A stretch of 33,775 nt of DNA from an uncultured Candidatus Saccharibacteria bacterium (GTDB taxonomy: Bacteria; Patescibacteriota; Saccharimonadia; Saccharimonadales; Saccharimonadaceae), in assembly GCA_963456515.1 (NCBI GenBank), contig CAUOMC010000001.1:1-33775 (forward strand), read 5' to 3'. Each line of letters opens with the position of its first letter. Position 1 is the stretch's first letter. Below, in pieces: positions 27,555 through 33,775 of the stretch. Below the pieces are notes generated by a model. That model saw only the letters and a program-made list of their open reading frames with translations, ran no database searches and was not told the DNA's origin. A program made the translations under genes and the position numbers.

Positions 27555-28529
27555 CTAGAAGCAAATAGTAAAAGTCGCTCCGCTGCCACACCGACTAGGG
27601 TTATTTGTAGCCGATACCCTAGCACCCATCTGCTCCGCCAATCGACTGGCTAGACTAAGCCCCAGACCGAACCCTTCAGAATTACGTGACTCGTCTGCCC
27701 GATAAAATCGGTTAAAGACATTTGGCAAATCTTTGTCGGCTATACCGCTACCGTGATCCCGCACCGCCAGACTCTTCTTGCCATCGCTAATGATCTCAAT
27801 TTGACTATTCTCCGGTGAGTACTTGATAGCATTATCCAGATATATATAGAGTATCTCTATTAGGGCATCGGCGTTAGCTACCAGCTTCAGCGACTTGTCG
27901 CCGAGCTGATTGTCTATCGTTATCTTTTTTACCCCTGCTGTCGCTTGAACCCGGTCAATAGCTCGTCCGACCACCTCACTGGCATCAATTGCTGCCAGCT
28001 CCAGCTTGCCGGAGCCGCTCAGCCTCAGTAGAGTATCGGTCAGCTGACGCAGCTTATCTATCTCCTCGAGATTGCTCTTTAGCTGTTCCTTGTAGTCTGA
28101 CTTCTTAGCTTCGTCATCACGTAGCAATACCTCGTTCTCCATCCGCATGGTAGCGAGCGGCGTTCTCAGCTCATGACTGGCATCCGAGACAAACTGCGTC
28201 TCATCCTCCATTGCTTTCTCGATTGGCTTTAGTGTTCGTCGTGCCAGCAGATAAGACGCCATTGCTCCGGCTATCAGGATGCCAACATTAATCCAGAAGA
28301 GGCTAGCCCACACTTTAGTCTCAACATCGTGCACCCGGTGATTATAGACGTTGGCAAAGTCACTCTCGACTCTCAGCTGGACGATGAGGTCGGGCGTCTT
28401 ATAAGGACGCCTGATCTCACCCATGGCAGTCATACCAATCCCCATCGAGAAAGATAGCGATACAACCATGATGATAATAGTGTAGATCGCCGTAAGTTTG
28501 ACCGTGGCCTTATCAAATATCTTCATCAT
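27555..28529 (-). CDS. Sensor histidine kinase
   Basis: Two TM segments, H-box FVSDASHELRTPL, DNAIKYS, D.GSGI, FNRFYR, GFGLGLS. Confidence 0.95.
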   Translation of the reverse strand: MMKIFDKATVKLTAIYTIIIMVVSLSFSMGIGMTAMGEIRRPYKTPDLIVQLRVESDFANVYNHRVHDVETKVWASLFWINVGILIAGAMASYLLARRTLKPIEKAMEDETQFVSDASHELRTPLATMRMENEVLLRDDEAKKSDYKEQLKSNLEEIDKLRQLTDTLLRLSGSGKLELAAIDASEVVGRAIDRVQATAGVKKITIDNQLGDKSLKLVANADALIEILYIYLDNAIKYSPENSQIEIISDGKKSLAVRDHGSGIADKDLPNVFNRFYRADESRNSEGFGLGLSLASRLAEQMGARVSATNNPSRCGSGATFTICF

Positions 28530-29203
28530 GACGCCGCTTCCAGCCGATAGCCGAAGCCCCGAATCGTCTGGAGCAGTTCCGGTCCGGCAAATGGTTTGTC
28601 AATCTTGCGCCTCAGCGACCCGACATGAGCTTCAACCGTATTGGGCAGAATATCAGCATCAAAATCCCAGACGTGCCCAATCAACTTATCTTTACTGATC
28701 GTCCGACCTTGGTTGCGCATCAAATATTCCAAGAGGGCATACTCAGTCGAAGTTAGCTTGATCCGCTTCTTACCTCGTCGCACCTCCGACCGACTGGTAT
28801 TCATCGTTAAGTCTCCTACCTTAAGTACAGTGTCAACTGCATCTGAAGGACGACGAAACAGCGCCCTGATCCGAGCTAGCAGCTCCTCAAAGCTGAATGG
28901 CTTCACCATGTAATCATCAGCCCCGGCGTCCAGCCCCTCTACTCGATTACGAATCTGCCCTTTAGCAGTCAAGACGATGACAGGCGTTCTAATCCCCTTG
29001 CTACGTACCTCCCGGATAATCTCCAGACCCTCTTTTCCCGGCAGCATCCGGTCGATAATCATCAGGTCGTATTCATCATGTAAGGCAGCCGCCAGGCCAT
29101 CCTCGCCATCGTTATACACTTCGGTGGCATAGCTCTCCTGTCTAAGACCTCGACTCAGCGCATTGGCTAGCTTGGTTTCATCCTCGATAATCAAGACCTT
29201 CAT
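28526..29203 (-). CDS. OmpR/PhoB-family response regulator
   Basis: IIEDE, DRMLPG, GADDYMVKPF, winged helix ending TIRGFGY. Confidence 0.96.
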   Translation of the reverse strand: MKVLIIEDETKLANALSRGLRQESYATEVYNDGEDGLAAALHDEYDLMIIDRMLPGKEGLEIIREVRSKGIRTPVIVLTAKGQIRNRVEGLDAGADDYMVKPFSFEELLARIRALFRRPSDAVDTVLKVGDLTMNTSRSEVRRGKKRIKLTSTEYALLEYLMRNQGRTISKDKLIGHVWDFDADILPNTVEAHVGSLRRKIDKPFAGPELLQTIRGFGYRLEAAS

Positions 29204-29228
29204 TTTACCTCCTTTGTCACTTTACACT

Positions 29229-29266
29229 AGCATACTAAGCCGTGCTAGCTGAAGATTGGCTAAAGA
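29229..29266 (-). promoter_or_regulatory. Response regulator promoter with an 11-bp-period direct repeat over the -35 position
   Basis: -10 TATGCT (29229-34); TCTTTAGC-N3-TCTTCAGC at 29248-29266. Confidence 0.55.
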
Positions 29267-29286
29267 CTGCCCGCTCTCTCGTCACC

Positions 29287-29315
29287 AAAATAACCACCTC
29301 TATAGCAGGTGGTTA
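29287..29315 (-). terminator. Terminator after the Val-Ala-Val tRNA operon
   Basis: TAACCACCT-7 nt-AGGTGGTTA followed by TTTT on the minus strand. Confidence 0.8.
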
Positions 29316-29329
29316 CTCGAAATAATGCC

Positions 29330-29406
29330 TGGTGGGGCGGAAGAGACTTGAACTCCCGACCTCTACAGTGTGAATGTAGCGCTCTAGCCAGCTGAGCTAC
29401 CACCCC
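29330..29406 (-). tRNA. tRNA-Val(CAC)
   Basis: Anticodon loop TT-CAC-AC, GTTCAAGTC, encoded CCA. Confidence 0.95.
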
Positions 29407-29417
29407 GGAATCCTAAG

Positions 29418-29494
29418 TGGTGGAGCACAGCGGATTCGAACCGCTCACCTCTTCGCTGCCAGCGAAGCGCTCTAGCCAAATGAGCTAGTGCCCC
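29418..29494 (-). tRNA. tRNA-Ala(GGC)
   Basis: G3:U70, anticodon loop CT-GGC-AG, encoded CCA. Confidence 0.95.
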
Positions 29495-29497
29495 AAA

Positions 29498-29574
29498 TGG
29501 TGGGTCGCAAGGGGCTCGAACCCCTGACCTCCTCGGTGTAAACGAGGCGCTCTAGCCAGCTGAGCTAGCAACCC
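29498..29574 (-). tRNA. tRNA-Val(TAC)
   Basis: Anticodon loop TT-TAC-AC, GTTCGAGCC, encoded CCA. Confidence 0.95.
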
Positions 29575-29625
29575 ATCTCCTCAGCTGTAGCTATCATAGC
29601 ACATCGTCGCTCTAAAGCCGAAAAT

Positions 29626-30672
29626 CTAGCAGACCACTCCACCGCCCAGGCAGACCTGATCGTCATAGATGACCACCGATTGCCCACTAGCCACAGCCCG
29701 CTCCGGCTCTTTCAGCGTCACGACCAACCGATCACTATCCTGCCACCTGACTGACGCTGCTTTCAGCGGGGCACGATGACGCACTCTGACCAGATAATCA
29801 CCCTCTGCCACCGGCGCCTCGTTAATCCAGCTTAGTTGTGACAAAGTCAGTTCGTTGCGCCAAAATACTTCACTGTCAAGCCGGCGGCTAACATAAACTA
29901 TATTGCACCCCATGTCTTTACCTACCACATAATACGGCAAGCCTCCACCGACATTCAGGCCATGACGTTGTCCTAGGGTATAGAAGATCGCTCCGTCATG
30001 CTCACCCACATGACAGCCCGTCTCTTGGTCGATAATCTCACCGGGCTCAGTCCGAATATATTGTCTGAGAAAGTCCCGCATGTTCACGGTGCCGACAAAA
30101 CAAATCCCCTGAGAGTCAGGCTTTCCGGCGGTGCTAAGCCCTAGCCGTTCGGCATCAGCCCGCACCTCGGTCTTAGTCTGATAACTGCCGAGAGGAAAGA
30201 TAGTCTGAGCCACCGATTCTCCGGTAATCCGATACAGAAAATACGTTTGGTCTTTATCTTGGTTATCCGCCCGCATTAGCCGACTTCCCTGCGAGCGAGC
30301 ATAGTGCCCCGTCGCAATTTGCTCTGCGCCGTCTCTAAGCGCTGCCTGGCGAAATAGCCCAAATTTAACCTCCTGATTACACATGATATCCGGGTTTGGC
30401 GTCCGGCCTGCCTGATACTCCCCGATCATATAATCAACTACCAGCTGCTTATATTCATGACGAAAGTCAAATACTTTGAAGGGGATGCCCAAATGAACTG
30501 CCACCCGCTTAGCATCAGCTAAGTCATCAGCCCACGGACAACGCATACCGGGCACGTCATTGATCCAGTTCTGCATGTAGACGCCCGTCACATCGTAGCC
30601 CTGTCGAGCCAGCAAGGCCGCAGTTAATGACGAGTCCACCCCGCCCGACATACCAACGTAGACTCGGCTCAT
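29626..30672 (-). CDS. mnmA: tRNA 2-thiouridylase MnmA
   Basis: GMSGGVDSS, TPNPDIMCN, ATGHYA, KDQTYFL, DSQGICF, YTLGQR. Confidence 0.97.
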   Translation of the reverse strand: MSRVYVGMSGGVDSSLTAALLARQGYDVTGVYMQNWINDVPGMRCPWADDLADAKRVAVHLGIPFKVFDFRHEYKQLVVDYMIGEYQAGRTPNPDIMCNQEVKFGLFRQAALRDGAEQIATGHYARSQGSRLMRADNQDKDQTYFLYRITGESVAQTIFPLGSYQTKTEVRADAERLGLSTAGKPDSQGICFVGTVNMRDFLRQYIRTEPGEIIDQETGCHVGEHDGAIFYTLGQRHGLNVGGGLPYYVVGKDMGCNIVYVSRRLDSEVFWRNELTLSQLSWINEAPVAEGDYLVRVRHRAPLKAASVRWQDSDRLVVTLKEPERAVASGQSVVIYDDQVCLGGGVVC

Positions 30673-31271
30673 TCTGACTCTGCGTTCACTTTAGCGATGC
30701 CGAGTAACTCGGTAATAGCGATAGCCCAACCGCGCTTGGTTAAGAACCACCTATGCCACAGTTTGTCGTTAGCCGGCATAGTCCGGTAGTAAATCGTGTC
30801 ATCGACATACTCAAAGTTGAGCTTAACTCTCTTGAGATGGTACGGGCTACTGACCAGGATAACATTCTTAGCTCGCAGTTCATGCAAGATCTTGACCGTA
30901 TTCTCGGCATTTTCTTTGGTGTCTCGGCTCTTCTCCTCTACGGTAATCAGACGCTTGGGTATGCCGGCTTCAACAGCTAGCCGTCGCATCGCCTCGGCGT
31001 TCGAGATAGAATCAGGATCAGCTGAGGCACCGCTAAAGATAATGTGTCGAGCCCAGCCCGCCTTAAAGAGTCGAATAGCCATAATCGCTCGAGCTTCGGT
31101 GTCACCCCCACTGACCGCTACAATGGTATCCGCCGTGGTACAGTTGTCCAATACCGAGGGGGCAACACAAGCCGACAGATCATCTTCATTCAAAACCCGA
31201 TTGATCGTACAGACGACTATCACTAATACCACTACGATTGACCCGGCCAGCACCGCCAGTTTACGTCCCAT
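30669..31271 (-). CDS. YdcF/ElyC (DUF218) family protein
   Basis: N-terminal TM, VSGG, IIFSG, SNAEAM, E.KSRDTKENA, LVSSPYHLKR. Confidence 0.88.
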   Translation of the reverse strand: MGRKLAVLAGSIVVVLVIVVCTINRVLNEDDLSACVAPSVLDNCTTADTIVAVSGGDTEARAIMAIRLFKAGWARHIIFSGASADPDSISNAEAMRRLAVEAGIPKRLITVEEKSRDTKENAENTVKILHELRAKNVILVSSPYHLKRVKLNFEYVDDTIYYRTMPANDKLWHRWFLTKRGWAIAITELLGIAKVNAESE

Positions 31272-32412
31272 ATCCTACCACCCCAAATTTGCTCTGCTCG
31301 CTGACGGCTCGTACGATTAGCTCACTTGCTTGCACTACATCGTCCTCAGTCGTTGGCCGGCCGAGCGACAAACGAAGCGACCCATCCACCTCAGCCTCAC
31401 TTCGCCCCATAGCCAGCAAGACGTGGCTGCGACGCCCTTTGTTTGCGGCACAGGCAGATCCTGTTGCCACTTGCACTCCCAGCTCATCCAGAGCGAAGAC
31501 CACTCTCTCACCGTCCACTCCGGTGATAGAAATATTGAGGATGGCGGGCGAATTATTGTCACTCTCATTAAAACGAATACCTGCCAAATGCTTCATTAGG
31601 CTCTGCTTTAGACTCTGACGTAGCTGGCCCAAGCGCCCGACCTCACTGTGGCGACGCTCCTCCGCCAGCACCAGAGCCTTAGCGAAGCCAATGATACCGG
31701 CTACATTTTCCGTACCGCCCCGTAACCCCATCTCTTGACCGCCACCGATAATCAAAGGTTTGAGCTTGACTCCCGCCCGGACATAGAGTAGTCCCACCTG
31801 CTTTGGGCCGTAGCACTTAGCGGCATTAAGAGTCAGCAAATCAACCCCCAGCCTAGCTACATTGAGATCCAGTAGTCCCGCCGCCTGCGAGGCGTCGCTA
31901 TGCAGCAGGATCGGCTGAGCTACATTACGTTTTTGCCGATCAGCTCTCACTTGATCTATGACCATGGCAATATCTTTTAGCGGCTGAACAACACCGGTCT
32001 CACCATTAACATAACCGACCGACACCAGACCAACCTCATCATCAATTGACTCCGCCAGCTGTTTTAGCTCCACTCGACCATCAGACCGAACAGGCAAGAT
32101 TACGCCGCCTCCGGCCTGCACCGCATTGAGCACGGCCGGATGTTCCGTCGCCAGAGTTATCACCTTGCCCGAGACTCCATTTAGCGCCAGATTGACCGAT
32201 TCAGTCGCTCCGGCAGTCATCACCACCTCAGCCGACCTGGCTCCAATGCAACGAGCCAGCTCAGATCTGGCCCGCTCAACATCTTGCCGTACTTGAGTCG
32301 CCGCAAGATATGGTGCCGACGGATTATAGAACTTATCAGTAAAATACGGCATCATCGCTCGGAGGACTCGCTCGTCCACCGGAGTAGCCGCCGCATAATC
32401 TAAATAAACCAT
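31261..32412 (-). CDS. iscS: Cysteine desulfurase (IscS/NifS type)
   Basis: YLDYAAATP, GATES, EHPAV, HSDASQA, KCYGPK, RGGTENV, GSAC; in an operon with mnmA. Confidence 0.92.
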   Translation of the reverse strand: MVYLDYAAATPVDERVLRAMMPYFTDKFYNPSAPYLAATQVRQDVERARSELARCIGARSAEVVMTAGATESVNLALNGVSGKVITLATEHPAVLNAVQAGGGVILPVRSDGRVELKQLAESIDDEVGLVSVGYVNGETGVVQPLKDIAMVIDQVRADRQKRNVAQPILLHSDASQAAGLLDLNVARLGVDLLTLNAAKCYGPKQVGLLYVRAGVKLKPLIIGGGQEMGLRGGTENVAGIIGFAKALVLAEERRHSEVGRLGQLRQSLKQSLMKHLAGIRFNESDNNSPAILNISITGVDGERVVFALDELGVQVATGSACAANKGRRSHVLLAMGRSEAEVDGSLRLSLGRPTTEDDVVQASELIVRAVSEQSKFGVVGYGT

Positions 32413-32545
32413 TACCTCTATGATACCACTAGATTACTCAGCCACCATATAACTCACCTCATCCAAGCACGACCGAGCTAGAGCCGGTTGTACTGCCCAA
32501 ATACCGACATAAGTAACGCACCGCCTTTATCTACCTAAGCTATCC

Positions 32546-33775
32546 TTAGCCTGACGTCGATAGAGCAACCTGCTTATCCACCCCTAACGCCTGAGCCAAA
32601 ACCTCATCATGGGTGGCATAGACGATCGCTCCGGGATACTCTGCTAAAGCCCGCTCAATATTCTCTCTAGCCCGGATATCCAGATGGTTGGTTAGTTCAT
32701 CAAGGATTATCAGATCAAGTCGATCCAAGATTAGTTTTAAGACCGCCATCTTGGTTAGCTGTCCTCGTGACAATTGATTGAGTGGCACTGCCACTGCAGT
32801 TGGGCTCAGATCCATCGTCGAAGCAGCTTGGTAGATCTCGCTAGCCTCAGCATCTGCTTGGCTGAGTAGATTTCGCTCAAGGTCCAGTCCATAGACACAC
32901 TGCGCCACGTAGCCATAGCGCACACCGGTCGTTATCTTGACAGTGCCGCTGTCCGGAGCCAGCTGACCGATAATAATTCGCAGCAAGGTCGTCTTGCCTG
33001 TTCCGTTGTTGCCAATGATTCTGACTCGCCCACCCGTTCGCACGGTAAAACTAATCTCTCGAAATAGGCTCTTCCGGTAACTCTTAGTCAAGCCGTCTAC
33101 CGCTAAAATCCGGCGGTCGCCCAGCTGTTCAGCAGTAAAGTTAGCCCGATAGGCCTTACGTACGGTCGGCCTCTCGACACCGGCCAGCTGATCCAGCCTG
33201 GTCTTGACAGCTCGAATTTCCTTGCCGGCTCTACTTTGCTTTCCGCTCTTAGCATTTTTGAAAGCACCTTTATCTTCATGTTTCAGCTTATCGAAGTGGC
33301 TATTATCAGCACTATGCGCCCGTGACTTAGCCGCCATCATACGTTTATTCAAGCGTTTACGCTCCAGTTTTGCTTTAGCGTATTCTCCCCACTGCTCCGT
33401 TTCAGCCTGTTTGATCCGCTCTTGATAGTCGCCGTAGTTGCCTCCATACAGTTTAGCTTTGCCGGCCTTGATCACCACCAGGCTGCTAGCTACAGCGTCA
33501 ATGAAACGCCGATCGTGACTAACTATTATTGCCAGGCCGTTAAACCGTCGTAGTTCGTCTACTAGCCATTGCCTCGCCCGAGCATCCAGATTATTGGTCG
33601 GCTCGTCCAGCAGTAAACAATCGTAGTGAGCCTCAAACAGCTCCCTTAGCTTAGCTCGGACGGCTTCCCCACCCGACAGGGTATCGTCATGATGATCTTG
33701 TGGCAGACAGCCTACCCTTCCCGTCACCTTGATCGAACCATCGTCCGGAGTCATTTGACCTGCAATCACACGTAA
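32546..33775 (-). CDS. ABC-F family ATPase (5' end outside the window), Msr/Vga-like architecture
   Basis: Frame is open to the window edge; LSGGE, LLLDEPTNNLD, VSHDR, basic linker, second GNNGTGKTT, LSRGQ, LDELTNHLD; no TM. Confidence 0.88.
   Translation of the reverse strand, partial: LRVIAGQMTPDDGSIKVTGRVGCLPQDHHDDTLSGGEAVRAKLRELFEAHYDCLLLDEPTNNLDARARQWLVDELRRFNGLAIIVSHDRRFIDAVASSLVVIKAGKAKLYGGNYGDYQERIKQAETEQWGEYAKAKLERKRLNKRMMAAKSRAHSADNSHFDKLKHEDKGAFKNAKSGKQSRAGKEIRAVKTRLDQLAGVERPTVRKAYRANFTAEQLGDRRILAVDGLTKSYRKSLFREISFTVRTGGRVRIIGNNGTGKTTLLRIIIGQLAPDSGTVKITTGVRYGYVAQCVYGLDLERNLLSQADAEASEIYQAASTMDLSPTAVAVPLNQLSRGQLTKMAVLKLILDRLDLIILDELTNHLDIRARENIERALAEYPGAIVYATHDEVLAQALGVDKQVALSTSG

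Noticed and set aside
29418..29494. C32-G38 pair in tRNA-Ala(GGC)
   Set aside because: A Watson-Crick 32-38 pair is an established feature of tRNA-Ala(GGC), so it is not novel.

Overview
Compact, gene-dense (~50% GC) bacterial chromosome segment read in the standard genetic code, with most genes on the minus strand. Gene content and order (gatC-gatA-HEPN-like-gatB; rpmF-nusB-NUDIX-rnc; Cys-free LigA zinc-finger region; short Zn-free L32) suggest Patescibacteria/CPR, most likely Saccharibacteria (TM7). This taxonomy is an inference. It contains about 30 CDS (gatCAB, rnc, nusB, rpmF, leuS, murF, a P-type ATPase, ligA, htpX, lemA, ogt, rarA, a two-component pair, mnmA, a cysteine desulfurase, a partial ABC-F and several orphans) and 9 tRNAs. 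The most notable features are: (1) a stand-alone structured ncRNA candidate with its own promoter and terminator between ligA and tRNA-Ala; (2) a small islet after tRNA-Gly carrying a recombinase-like C-terminal remnant, a ~160-nt multi-stem RNA-like element and a KPxIYLYP-family cargo gene; (3) a secreted lysozyme-like + degenerate SGNH + NlpC/P60 protein with a downstream partner gene; (4) pervasive apparently leaderless genes; (5) tRNAs with covarying non-canonical elbow bases; and (6) TAG as the majority stop codon. No CRISPR array, rRNA or intact transposase/integrase was seen.
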